From Mobula hypostoma (lineage: Eukaryota): DNA of 64,000 nucleotides. A program made the position numbers and the translations under genes. Positions 48,201 to 59,640 of the stretch are shown here, in pieces. The stretch lies in contig NC_086109.1 of NCBI RefSeq assembly GCF_963921235.1, positions 9,116,001 to 9,180,000 of the forward strand, written 5' to 3'. Below the pieces are notes generated by a model. The model ran no database searches. It saw only the letters and a list, made by a program, of their open reading frames with translations, and was not told where the DNA came from. Within the stretch, counting starts at the first letter, position 1; each line of letters begins with the position of its first letter.

Positions 48201-51200
48201 GGAACTGGGACTAGGTTAGGTAGGCACCTTGCTGGGTATGGACTGGAACTGTGACTGGGTTAGGTAGGCATCTTGCTGGGTAAGGACTGGAACTGTGACT
48301 GGGTTAGGTAGGCATCTTGCTGGGTACGGACTGGAACTGGGACTAGGTTAGGTAGGCACCTTGCTGGGTAAGGACTGGAACTGGGACTAGGTTAGGTAGG
48401 CATCTTGCTGGGTAAGGACTGGAACTGGGACTAGGTTAGGTAGGCACCTTGCTGGGTAAGGACTAAATATTCTGACTGGATGTTTCTGAGGTTTATTACT
48501 ATTGACTTTGAATCATAATTTACAGCAAAAGTGGCCATTCAGTTTATTGTGGCCATACTAGCCAAAAGCAGAGCTATTTCCATGCTCCTCGCCTTTCCAG
48601 CTGTCCGTTCAGGATTGCAGGTCATGTCTCTCTGAGTGCTTACCCGGGTGTGGAGGGGTTTACGATCTGTACGCTGCTTATTCCGATTAGTGCAGATAGG
48701 TACCTGATGTACAGCACACCCATGATGGGCCAAAAGGTCTACTCTGTGTTGCAGGACTCTGTGGTGCAGAGTAGATTTACAAGGATGCTGGCAGGACTTG
48801 AGGGCTGGAGTTATGGAGAGAGGTAGGCCGGGCGAGGTCTTTACTCCTTGGAATGCAGGAGAGTGAACGGCGACCTTACAGAAATGTTTAAAATTATGTG
48901 AGCCACAGATAATGTGGATAGTCCTTTCCTCAGGGTAGGGTGTCCAAAACTAGGGGGGGCGGGTGGTACAGGTTTATGGTGAGAGGGGAAAAGTATAAAG
49001 CAGCCCATTTTCACACAGAGGGTGGTTGAGGGCGAGCTGCCTGAGGAAGTGTTTGAGGCAGGTACAATATATTTAAGATGCACTTGGATAGGTGGATGGA
49101 AGGGTGGGTGCTTGGAGGGATCTGGGTGGAACACAGCACGGTAACGTAGTGATTGGTGTAACGCTTTGCAGCATAAGATCAAGGTTCAATTCCCACCGCC
49201 ACCTGCAAGGAGTTTGTATGTTCTCCCCGTCGCTGTGGGGGTTTCCTCCAGGTGCTCGGGTTTCCTCCCACATTCCAAGGCTCGGATCAGCACTGGAAGC
49301 GTGCGAGATGTCCCCAGCACTTCCTCGGACTGTGTTTGTCATTGACACAAATGATGCATTTCACCATATACGGGACAAATAAAGCCAATCCAAATTGGGC
49401 CTCTCTCGGTAGGCCGAGTAGTTGGCAAAGATTGACTGGGCTGAAAGGCCTGCGTCCATACCGTATTCCTCTAAAACAACTGTTTCCTTCTGAGACTCAG
49501 CTACCTATGATCTTGAATCAAATAAGTGAAAGCTCTGCCCTTGCACTGCACCCCAGAAACACAGATGGCCGACCTTTTCACACAGCGCCCCAGATGCAGT
49601 TAGCGGGAAGATCTGGACGATTCCGCGGCCCAGGGCTTCTCTCTTCCGCTGTCCGCTGAAAACGCGCAGTTCCATCTTTTCCTCTTCACTGAGCGACTGG
49701 CAGTACTTTTCCTTCGGGGAGAGACAAGCTGTTAGTGCTGGGACTCGGCCGCACGGGGGACAGGGAAGGCGTCAGCATTCACTCTCGTTGCCCAGTGAAA
49801 GGATCGTGAATTTGGACTGCCTGCTGATACGCACAGTTTCGGAGCACCCAGTAATCCCACACTACAGCCCAACTAGAGAATAATTAGATCAGGAGTTCTC
49901 AACTGAGGTCCACAGAACCCCCAGTTAATGGTAAAGCCCCATGACAGAAAAGATGGGAATCTCTGGATTAGATATTACATTATGGTTGGTTGCACATTTA
50001 TGCCTTAGGAATTAGCTGTTATTTTCATACTAGAAAGGACAAGTTCCAATATTTACACAAAGCTCTGTGTAAGGGCGTGCTCGACTCACTTCTGAGCTTT
50101 GAAAATACGCTTAATTTTGTCTAGTTTGCCGATGGCACGACAGCGGTGGGCTCACCACCAACGTCGATGAGACGGCTTACAGAGAGGAGGTGGAAGAGCT
50201 CGGGGCCTGGTGCCAGGCAAATAACCACTTCCTCAACGTCAGCAAGACAAAGGAGATGGTTATCGACTTTGGGACAGCTCACAGCCCCTTTACATCGGTG
50301 GCACAACAGTGGAAACTGCGAGCCGTTTCAAACGCCTGGGAGTGCACATCACACAGAACACAGCCTACACAGCCTGGAAAATCTCAGCAATGCCTCTACT
50401 TTCTGAGCAGACTGAGTCGAGCTGGACAACGTGCATCAATACTCATGTCATTCTACAGCTGCACAGTAGACAGCATCACTGCCTGGTACCGAAACTGCAC
50501 TGCAGCGGACAGGAAGACTTTAAAACGGGTTGTCAAAACTGCCCAACGCATTACCGGTACCCGCCTACCCACTATCAAGGACATATATACAGAAAGATGC
50601 TGGGAAAAGGCCAGCAACATCATGAAGGATCCCACCCACCCACCCTGCTCATGGACTGTTTGTCCCATTCCCATCAGGGAGGAGGCTACGTCGCATGCAC
50701 GACAGGACCTTCAGACTCAAAAACAGTTACTTTCCCCAAGGGGTAAGGCTGATCAGCACCTCCACCCACTAACCCACCCCTCCACACCCCCAAGCAGCAC
50801 TACTCTATCGTTTCCAATTAGTCACTTTATGTACGGACACACCTGTGCACAGTGTCACCTTATGGACACAAGTCCCTAGTTGTCAAGGGCAACGAGGGAT
50901 GGGCAATAAATGCTGGTTTACCTGCGTCACCCACATTCCCATAAATGAACAAAAAAAGAATCATCCTATGTATATAATCTATCTTAGGTATTTATATATC
51001 AACACACACAAAATGCTGGAGGGACACAGCAGGTCAGGCAACATCTATGAAAATGAATGAACAGTCGAAATTTCAGACTCTTCTTCAGGACTGGAAAGGA
51101 AAGTGGAAGGTGCCAGAATAAAAAAGGTTGGGGGGGGGTAAGAAAACTAGAAGGTGATAGGTGAAGCCAGATGGGTAGGAGAGGTCAAGGGCTGGAGGTG

Positions 51201-54200
51201 AAGGAATCTGAGAGAGGAGAGTGGACCATAGGAGAAAGAGGAGGAGGAGGACGAGGACCCAGGGAGAATAGGTAAAAGGCCAGAGTGGGGAATAGAAGCA
51301 GGTAGGGGGAGTGAACTGGAAGGAGAAATCAATATTCAAGCCATCAGGTTGGAGATTACACAGAAGAATATAAGGTGTTGCTCCTCCACACTGAGGAGGC
51401 CATGGACTGTCATGTTGGAACAGGAATCGGAATTTAAATGTTTGGCCACCATGAAGTTCCGCTTTTTGTGGATGGAGCGGAGCTGCCTGATGAAGCAGTC
51501 GCCCAATTTCTGATGGGTTTCAGCAATGTTAGAGGAGGCTTCATCAGGAGCACCAGACACGATAGGTGACCCCGCCCCCCCAGCAGATTCACAGGTGAAG
51601 TGTTGCCTCACCTGGAAGGACTGTTTGGGGCCTGAAAGGGGGTGGGGGGGGGAGGTAAACGGGCAGGTGTAGCACTTAGGCTGCTTGCAAGGATAAATGC
51701 CGGGAGAGAGATTAGTGGGGAGGGACGAATAGACAAGGGAGCGATCCCTGTGGAAAGTGGAGGGGAGGTAAAGATGCGTTAAGTGGTAGGATCCCTTTGG
51801 AGATGGCGTAAGTTGTGGAGAATGATGTGTTGTATGCAGAGGCTCATAGGGCAGTAGGTAAGGACAAGAGCAACTCTTGTTAAGGCGGCAGGAAGATGGG
51901 GTGAGCACGGATGTCTGGGAAATGGAGGAGATGCGGGTGAGGGCTGCATCGATGGTGGAGGAAGGGAAACCCGTTCTTTGACGATGTCCTGGAAAGGAAA
52001 GCCTCATCCTGGGAACAGTTGCAGCAGAGCCGAAGGAACTGAGTAAAAGGGAATGGCATTTTTACAGGAGAATGGGTGGGAAGAGGTACAATCAAGATAA
52101 CTGTGTGAATCAGTAGGTTTATAATAGATGTCAGTCAACCGCTTGTTTCCAGAGATGGAGGCAGAGAAATCTAGAAAGGGGAGGAAGGTGATAGAAATGG
52201 ACCAAGTGAATTTAAGAGCAGGGTGGAAGTTGATGAAATTGATGAGCTTAGCCTGGGTGCATGAAGCAGCACCAATGTAGCCGAGGAAGAGTTGGGAAGC
52301 ATTACCCCAAGGAAGGCTTGGAACATGGACTGTGGATTGTACAGTGCAATACAGAAAATATACCATAAATTACAGTAATTAATAGACAGTCAGCATCCAC
52401 TTTATTAGACACATGATGAAGTGTCATTGAGTCTATGTTCATGGTCTTCTGCTGCTGTAGCCCATCCATTTCAAAGTTCCACATATTGTGCATTCAGAGA
52501 TGCTTTTCTGCACACCGCTGTTGTAACGTGTGGTTATTTGAGTTACTGTTAGCAGCCTGGCTATTCTCCTCTGACAACTCTCATTAACAAGGTGTTTTTA
52601 CCTACAGAACTGCTGCTCACTGGAAGCTTTTGTTTTTGAACCACTCACTGCAAACTCTAGACACCGTTGTGCATGGAAATCCCAGAAGATCAACAGTTTC
52701 TGAGACACTCCAACCACCCTGTCTGGAACCAACAATTATTCAATGGTCAAAGTCACCTAGATCTCATTTTATCCCCATTTTGATGTTTGCTCTGAACCTC
52801 TTGACCATGCCTGCATGCTTTTATGCATTGAGTTGCTGCCACATGATTGGCTGACTAGATATTTATATTAATGAGCAGGTACAGGCTATTTATTGAAGTG
52901 ACCACTATCACTTAAAAATTAAATGAATCGTGCAAAGAGAGTAAACATAGTGAGGTAGTCTTCATATGTTCAATATCTGTTGAGAAATCTGATGGTAGAG
53001 GGGAAGAAGCTGTTTCTACCTTGACTCCTTAATCGGTACTGAAAAAACTTCTGTCTTTATCAGACATGGTCTTTCAAGTGATAATCAGAATCAGGTTTAG
53101 TATCACCGGCATGTGTTGTGAAATTTGTTGTCTGGGGCAGCAGTACAATACAATATATAATAATGCAGAAAAATGTGAATTACAGTAAGTACATATACAC
53201 TAAATAGTTAACTTAAATAAGTAATAGGTAATGCAAAATTAGAAATAATAAAGTAGTGAGGTAGTGTTTGTGGGTTCAATGTCTACTCAGGAATTGGATG
53301 GCAGAGGGGAAGAAACAGTTCCTGAAACGCTGAGTGTGTGCCTTCAGGCTTCTGTACCTCCTCCCTGAGGGTAGCAATGAGAAGAGGGCATGACCTGGGT
53401 GATGGGGTCCTTAATAATGGACACCGCCTTTCTGAGGCATCGCTCCTTGAAGATGTCCTGGATCCTATGGAGGCTGGACGCCATGATGGAGCTGATTAAG
53501 TTTACTACTCTCTGCAGCTTACTTCGATCCTCCAACCCCCACCCATCCGTACCAGACAGGTGCACCATTGTGCTGTGCTTTTGCACGCTCTATTTTCAAA
53601 TATAAAATCAGAAACTCTTTCTGCTTGGCTTGAAAACCGTCTAATGTAAAAAATGTTAACAGTCTATGATTGAGCTACACAGATGCTTACATCATTGTCG
53701 TGAGGCGGGAGCTGATAGAGGAGCTGTTTCACACGGAACTTCTCCCCGATGCTGTTGACGTACGGGATGTTTTCCTCCGGGAGGCAGCGGAAGTATTGGT
53801 GGACCTGTGCACACAAAGCCAATTGTCAATACTCTTCCCCTTTGTGAACGGTGTATCATTTATGGAGGATTTATTGTTCACAGAACGCGGGTAACACAGG
53901 TTAAATCAGCAATGACTGTCCACCCCTCCCTCTCCTTGCACTGAAAAGACGGCTAAGAGCCAAGAACATGGGTAAATTTGGAGTCACGTTTGGCCCGATA
54001 AGGGGTCTGACTTTTCTCCCTCCACAGATATTAATGATTCAAGTGGATTTATACTACAAAAGTGGTCAGACTGCACTTGAAGTATCGTGAGCAGTTTTGG
54101 GCCCCATATCCAAGAAAAGCCATGCTGGCATTGGAAAAGATCCAGAGGAGGTTTATGAGAATGAAAGGGTTAAGACAGGAGGAGCGTTTGATAACTCTGG

Positions 54201-55235
54201 ACCTCTGCTCGTTGGCGTTTGGAAGAATGAGGGTGAATCTCACAGAAACTTGTCAAACATTAAAAGGCTTAGATAGAGTGGATGCGGAGAGGATGTTTCC
54301 TGTATTGGGGGAGTCTAGGACCAGAGGGCACAACCTCAGAATAGAGGGACTTTCATTTTAGAACAGAGATGAAAAGGAAATTCTCTAGCAAGAGGGAGGT
54401 GAATCAGTGGAATTCATTGCCAAAGGTGGCTGTGGAGGCCAAGTCATTTGGTATATTTAAAGCAGAAATTGATAGGTTCTTGATTAGTCAGGGCTTCAAA
54501 GGTTACAGGGAGAAGGCAAGAGAATAGGATTGAGAGGGTTAATTAATCAGTCATGACGGAATGGCGGATCAGACTCAATGGGCCGAATGGCCCAATTCTG
54601 TTCCTATACCTTAAGGTTTATTTTGAAAGATCTGGAGATGATGTTTCCTGTAGTGAGGGTGTGTAGGACCAGGGGGCACAGCACCAGAGTACCAGGATGT
54701 CCCTTTAAAACAGAGATGATGTAGAATTTCTTTAACCAGAGCGTGGTGAATCTGTGAAATTCAGTGTCACAGACAATCATGGAGACCAAGCCATTGTGTA
54801 TATTCAAAGAGGAGGCTGTAAGTTGGTTAGTAAGGTGGCCAAAGGTTATGTGGAGAAGTCAGGAGAATGGGGCTGAAAGGGTTAATAAATCAGCTATGAT
54901 GGAATGGCGGGGAAAAATGATGGCCAAATGGCCTAATTCTGTTCCTATGTCCAGTGGTCTAAAATTCAGCAGTTATATTTTTCCATTGTATATACATTCA
55001 GGATGATTGACATTTTTACAATCCAAACTCATCTGTGAGCACGCAGGATGTGAAGTTATTTCCTTGAGCAACTGGTTCTCCTGACCTGTTCGGGCTTGAG
55101 TCCTGGGGGGACCCATGCGTACTCCTCCAGAGCACAGCCGGAGTCGTTGTCCGATGGAGCATTCTGTTGGAAGTCAAAGGTCATCTTGCTGGCTGCCTTT
55201 GTGTTCTCTGAAGACCTGGAATCGAGCACAGACAT
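29469..55235 (-). CDS. PRICKLE4: Prickle-family planar cell polarity protein (best guess Prickle4 lineage); spliced CDS 55235-55086, 53804-53691, 49711-49574, 46363-46160, 45162-44976, 39299-38325, 30295-29469; 864 aa
   Basis: Seven exons with AG/GT boundaries. Lengths 150+114+138+204+187+975+827=2595 nt form one open frame. PET domain, three LIM domains, C-terminal [23 protein letters not shown] and CaaX (KNCTIA*). Family call is strong; the paralog number is inferred. Confidence 0.9.
31563..32051. mobile_element. MITE, PIF/Harbinger-like
   Basis: TIR AGG(T/C)TGAT(C/T)T(A/C)TACTT..GCGTCA at both ends with TTA/TAA flanks. Confidence 0.65.
32895..34325 (+). mobile_element. CR1-clade (HER1-like) LINE fragment, split by a Rex insertion
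   Basis: [26 protein letters not shown]...KCMVIHFG, and a typical 3' tail. Confidence 0.85.
33590..34112 (-). mobile_element. Rex1/Babar-type LINE fragment inserted in a CR1
   Basis: [19 protein letters not shown]...HPLH...[18 protein letters not shown] on both flanks. Confidence 0.85.
35592..36257. mobile_element. Solo LTR related to 4864-5491
   Basis: TGTA...TTACA termini, 4-bp TSD TGAA; shares the CAGCC...CCAAACTG...TGGATGCTG block. Confidence 0.75.
37263..37910 (+). mobile_element. Young CpG-rich non-autonomous retroposon with (TAATC)n tail
   Basis: 5' AAGATGGCG, high CpG, AATAAA then CATAATCTAATCTAA; interrupts a CR1 tail. Confidence 0.55.
38325..39299 (-). CDS. PRICKLE4: Prickle coding exon 6 (LIM3 and disordered region)
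   Basis: [48 protein letters not shown]...SDSSDSA; open for 975 nt, phase 1-1; donor G|gtaata. Confidence 0.9.
39490..39960 (+). mobile_element. L1/Tx1-like LINE 3' end
   Basis: [22 protein letters not shown] followed by a T-rich UTR and an A-rich tail. Confidence 0.55.
39965..40480 (-). mobile_element. CR1-clade LINE 3' fragment
   Basis: [12 protein letters not shown]...[11 protein letters not shown]...TRGHGLRV. Confidence 0.85.
40507..41090 (+). mobile_element. Penelope-like 3' fragment
   Basis: [37 protein letters not shown] followed by a pyrimidine-rich tract and the terminal repeat. Confidence 0.85.
44976..45162 (-). CDS. PRICKLE4: Prickle coding exon 5 (LIM2)
   Basis: [62 protein letters not shown]; 187 nt; donor gtgagt. 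Confidence 0.96.
45490..45955 (-). mobile_element. CR1-clade LINE 3' fragment
   Basis: [19 protein letters not shown]...[11 protein letters not shown]. Confidence 0.85.
46160..46363 (-). CDS. PRICKLE4: Prickle coding exon 4 (LIM1)
   Basis: [18 protein letters not shown]...[46 protein letters not shown]; cag| ... |gtgagt; 204 nt. Confidence 0.96.
47090..47530 (+). mobile_element. Penelope-like 3' end with hammerhead-type motif
   Basis: CTCCAACCTGATGGCATGAACATCGATTTC (QPDGMNIDF), a pyrimidine tract, then CTGATGA...GAAAC. Confidence 0.8.
47434..47471 (+). ncRNA. Minimal type-I hammerhead ribozyme motif (Penelope-associated)
   Basis: CAGTT CTGATGA AGGGTCTCGGCCT GAAAC ATC GACTG. Confidence 0.65.
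47809..48464. repeat. 44-bp minisatellite, about 15 copies
   Basis: Unit GAACTGGGACTAGGTTAGGTAGGCATCTTGCTGGGTAAGGACTG; period 44 (48201->48245). Confidence 0.95.
49574..49711 (-). CDS. PRICKLE4: Prickle coding exon 3 (PET end, LIM1 start)
   Basis: [46 protein letters not shown]; aag| ... |gtcggc; 138 nt. Confidence 0.95.
50120..50870 (+). mobile_element. Rex1/Babar LINE fragment (RT C-terminal)
   Basis: [21 protein letters not shown]...[14 protein letters not shown]; frameshifted. Confidence 0.85.
51000..52330 (-). mobile_element. Penelope-like retroelement fragment (RT C-terminus, GIY-YIG endonuclease, terminal repeat)
   Basis: [53 protein letters not shown]. Confidence 0.88.
53085..53530 (-). 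mobile_element. Rex1/Babar 3' fragment
   Basis: LQRVVN...[18 protein letters not shown]; same family as 45-960 and about 26360-26750. Confidence 0.8.
53691..53804 (-). CDS. PRICKLE4: Prickle coding exon 2 (PET)
   Basis: [38 protein letters not shown]; cag| ... |gtaagc; 114 nt. Confidence 0.95.
54060..54960 (+). mobile_element. Two tandem CR1-clade 3' fragments
   Basis: VRLHLKY..QFWAP...LEKIQRRF...[11 protein letters not shown]; the tail is repeated twice. Confidence 0.85.
55086..55235 (-). CDS. PRICKLE4: Prickle coding exon 1 (ATG; start of PET domain)
   Basis: Translates [50 protein letters not shown]. Acceptor tttcag before 55266; donor CAG|gtcagg. Confidence 0.93.
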
Positions 55236-56051
55236 CTTCCAGCCCTTTGTTCAACACGATGTCAACCTGAAATAGATTGGAGAATACTTCAGATATGCAT
55301 TGGGCGGGGTATGAAATGTTGAGCCAAATGACAACATGCCAACACAATCTAAGTGTGTACAATAAGTTCAATATAGTTATGCTTTTCACAAAGTATGCAA
55401 GTGGGCTATTATAAGAAGACATGAGAATAATAAGGTGACGTAGTATTAATAAATTTATAATATATAAAATATACTCTTAGTGACCACTTTATTAGTTACA
55501 CATGCTCGCTAATGAAAATATCTAATCAGTCAATCATGTGGAAGCAACTTGATGCATTAAAGCATGCAGACATGGTCAAGAGGTTCAGTTGTTCAGACCC
55601 AAGCTTCAGAATGGGGAAGAAATGTGAGCTAAGTGACTTTGACCATGGAGTGACTGTTGGTGCCAGACAGGGTGGTTTGAGTATCTCAGAAACTGCTGAC
55701 CTCCTGGTATTTTCATGACAACAGTCTCTAACTTACAGAGAGTGGGGTGAGAAACAAAACAAAAAAATCCAGTGAGCAGCGGTTCTGTGGGTGAAAATAC
55801 CTTGAGGTCAGAGGAGAACGGCCAGACTGGTTCAAGCTGAGATGGAAGGTGACAGGAATTCAAATAACCACATGTTACAACAGTGGTGTGCAGAAGAGCA
55901 TCTCTAAATGCACGACACATCGAACCCTGAAGTGGATGGGCTACTGTAGCAGAAGATCATGAACATATGCTCATCGGCCACTTTAGGCACATATGAAGTG
56001 GACACTGAGTGTAAATTATTTAATTATAATAGTGCAGTGTGCTAGCCTAGT

Positions 56052-56183
56052 GGCCGGCTGGTGGCGTAGTGGCATCAGCGCTGGACTTTGGAGCGAAGGC
56101 TCCTGCGTTTGAATCCAGCCGGCTCCCCAGGCACGCTTTCCATCCATGCTGGGTTGAGCATTGAGCTAGCAACTCGTAAAAAA
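56052..56183 (+). mobile_element. Short tRNA-derived SINE (related copy 3562-3697, minus strand)
   Basis: A-box TGGCGTAGTGG, B-box GTTTGAATCC, conserved GCTAGCAACTCG and an A tail. Confidence 0.65.
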
Positions 56184-56587
56184 GAAATTGTCTGCTACAG
56201 AAACATCAACAGCAAAAAAGTTGATGTCCTATGCTCTCTCATGAGTTTAAAAGGCAATTTCCTTTCCTAATGCAAACCTAGAGCAGGGGTTCCCAACCTG
56301 GGGTCTACGGATCCCTGAGTTAATGGTAGGGGATCACGACATAAAAACGTTTGGGAACCCCAGGCCTAGTGGTTAGTCTAATGATTTACAGCACCAGCTG
56401 TAAGATCACTCTCTCAATTCCTGCCACTGTCTACAAGGGGTTAATACATTCTCCCCTTGACTACATGGACTTCACCCGGCTGGGCATTGCATGCTATGTT
56501 GGTGCTGGAAACATGGTGACACTTGTGGCCTGTCCCCGTCACATCTCAGACCACGCAGGTCAGGCAGCATCTATGGAAATGAATAAG

Positions 56588-56625
56588 CAGTCCACGTTTC
56601 GGGCCAAGACCCTTCATCAGGACTG
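56588..56625 (-). ncRNA. Minimal type-I hammerhead ribozyme motif (cleavage triplet mutated to GUG)
   Basis: Reverse complement CAGTC CTGATGA AGGGTCTTGGCCC GAAAC GTG GACTG. Confidence 0.65.
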
Positions 56626-59375
56626 AGAAAGGTTCTCAGCGCCCTGACCGATGAAGACGAGCGTGTTCGCCCTGCCTTCGTAACCACCCAGTCTACCTGC
56701 GTCGCCATTTTCAGAGAACCATGTACTTGTACATCGAGGTCTCTGTGCTCGACAGCCCACCCCCAGGACCCCGCCATTTGCTGTGTAAGTTCTGCCCTGG
56801 CTTATCTGAAAATAAATGCAACACCGCACACTCGTCCGAGTAAACTTCATTGTCCAAGTCAGATCATTGGCTCCACTTTCTATGGAGGAAGAGATTGTGT
56901 GTAGTTTCACCACAGTAAGAATTTATTTATTCTATTTAGAGATACAGGACAGCAACAGGTCCTTCCTGCCCAATTACCCACTAACCTACTAAACCGTACA
57001 TCTTTGGAATGTCGGAGAGAACGAGAGCACCCGGGGGAAACCCACACGGTCACAAGGAGAACATATAATCTTCTTGCAGACAGCGGTAGGAATTGAACCC
57101 GGGTTGCTGGTGTTGTAATAGCATTACAATAACCACTATGCTACCGTCCCGTCCCACGTGAGGATGTTATCACCAACTCTGTCACTTCCACAAAAGGCCA
57201 CGTTCGAGAGTCAAGCTGTAGCCTTAGGAAAGAATTTCAAACCACTTGGCTCCATTAAAATTTCCAAAAGCACTAGCCTTCAGATGCTTTGTTAGAACCC
57301 TTAGTTTAAAAAATGATATTGGTTTATTATTGTCATTTGTTACAGTGAAAAGCTTTTATATTTACATATTATTTGCTTATTTTTCGTATTTGCCCGGTGT
57401 CTCCTTTCACACATTGGAACTCAGCAGATCAGACAGCTTCTCTGGGGGTGCAGGTTGAGGGGGAATAAACTGTCGACGTTTCGGGCTGAGATGCTTCTGT
57501 GATTTAATGGCTTTCTTTCATTGAGATGCAGCGTGGAGTAAGTCCTTCCATCCTTTGAGCTACGCTGCCTACAACCCCCGGATTTAATTCTAGCCTAATC
57601 GCAGGACAATTTACAATGACTAATTAATCTACCAACTGGTGCATTTTTGGACAGTGGGAGGGAAACCATGTGGTAACGGGGAGAACATACAACTGTTCAC
57701 AGGCAGTGTGGAATTCCACTGTGCCTTGGGATGTTCCTGGCGCTCTTTCAATACAAATCCGCTTCTTCTCTTGCCATAGCTTCATCCCGACTATAGGTTC
57801 CTCACAAGATGTTAATAACATGGCCGGCTGATTGGGGAAGGGGCGGATATTCCGACGGGAAGCTGAGTTTGGACGGAGCGTAGAGGGTGAGTTGAGTTGT
57901 GGACAGAGGTGCCCGGGGTTAAAACTGGATGTGATGCCTGAAAGGGCAATGGATGTGGTGGAAAGCCTCCTGTGTAGTATACCGTGGTTACCTTTGGAGG
58001 AGGCTGTCACAGCAGAAGCAGTATTCCTCGCCGAGTTCGGCACGGTTACAGAATGGCTAGAGAAGTGCTGGTGACCCGGGTTCAATTCCCGCTGCTGCCT
58101 GTAAGGAGTTTGTACGTTCTCCCCATGACCGCGCGGGTATTTCTCCGGGCGCTTCGCTTCCCTCCCGCATTCCAAACACGTACGGGTAAGGGTTAGTGAG
58201 TTGTGGGCGTGCTATGTTGGCACCAGAAATATGGCACCACTTGTGGGCTGCCCCCAGCACGTTCTCTGATTGTGCTGGTCGTTGACACACACACGATACA
58301 TTTCATTGTCTATTTGTGACAAATAAAACTAATCTTCAATCTTAATCAAAACTGGACTGATGACAAGAGCAATAAACAGCGGGACAAAGACAGGGGCTCG
58401 ACATAAAAGCTGCCAGGGTGAAACATTTGATGCTTTTCTTTAAGCCAGTGGGAACATTCAAGCAGAGAGAGCAATTTCCAGAAAGCTGCCCGAGAAACTG
58501 GAAGGGTTAACAATTCAGCAGTTTCCTCAATCTCAGTGTGTGGCACAAGCGTCACAGAGAAAACACAAACGCATCGGAAGTAATGTCTTTGCTAAGGCAA
58601 GCACATATTCTAGCCAGAAAAGTAAAAGCATTGATTGCACTTTTTGAAATAAAAGTGGCCCAGCCAGGAAAGCAGGGAACCCTGTTACAGCTCAGAGAAC
58701 TGTTGCTGAGAAGCAGTTCAAAGCTCAAAGTGAATTTATTATCCAAGTACATAATCTGTCACAATTAATACTCAGAGATTCATTTTCTTGCAGGCATTCG
58801 CAGTAGAACAAAGAAATACGATAGAATCAATGAAAAAGTGCACACAAAGACTGACAAAGCTACCAATCTGCAAAGGAAGACAAACTCTGCAAACAATAAA
58901 TAAATAAGAAATTAAATATTGCTGGAAACAAGAGTCTGTAGGTTGTGGAATTAGTTCAGAGCGGAGCTGAGGCAAGGGAAGTTATCCATGCTGGTTCAGG
59001 AGCCTGATGGTTGAAGGGTATTACCTGTTCCTGAAACGGGTGGTGTGGGACCTAAGGCTCCTGTATATCCCACCAGACGGCAATAGCGAGAAGAGAGCAT
59101 GGCCTGGATGGTAGGACCCTCACCCTGCGATAGTTGGACCTTCCCAGTATCTTACTCCAGCAAATGGCTGTCAGTGCTTTGGAGACGGTAGAGAACTAGG
59201 GAGCATTGGCGGTTTTGGTTCCCAAAGGAAGCAAGCGCACACAGCAGTTGAATTTACCTCCCTAACAATGCTGACCTCATTGCAGCCGCCCGATTTCAAT
59301 CACACCTTGAAGACAATCACAGGTACTGTTACTGATCACGGGGTTGTTCGGCTTTCAAAGCAGCTCCCTTCTCAC

Positions 59376-59640
59376 CAGTGAAAGGAGCACACCACGCCTT
59401 TTCAGCTTTTGCACAGGGCTCGTCACAAGGCAGCAGCAAGGAGCACTCAGCTAAGGCTTACCTGCCATCCCCACCTAGTTTCCTGGAGCCACGAATCCCT
59501 CTGCTCTTCCTCCATCCGTCCACAGGCTGCGGCAGAAGTGGCTTCCGGCATTCACGGGATAGCGACTTTCAAGCCCTTTCATTGCTGGCCTGCTATTCCG
59601 GCTCCGTGCATGTGGAGGTGACTGCAGTGTGATGTGTTCA
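59376..59640 (-). other. Possible non-coding 5' exon / promoter-proximal region of prickle
   Basis: Non-repetitive, GC-richer segment ending in a donor-like CTG|gtgaga. The ATG exon has its own acceptor, so an upstream exon is required. Confidence 0.3.

Noticed and set aside
29469..55235. Assignment as PRICKLE1 because of periphilin adjacency
   Set aside because: The N-terminus, LIM junction residues and CaaX differ from recalled Prickle1; not excluded without a phylogeny
56052..56130. tRNA gene
   Set aside because: Degenerate cloverleaf followed by a SINE body and A tail; a related copy lies at about 3600
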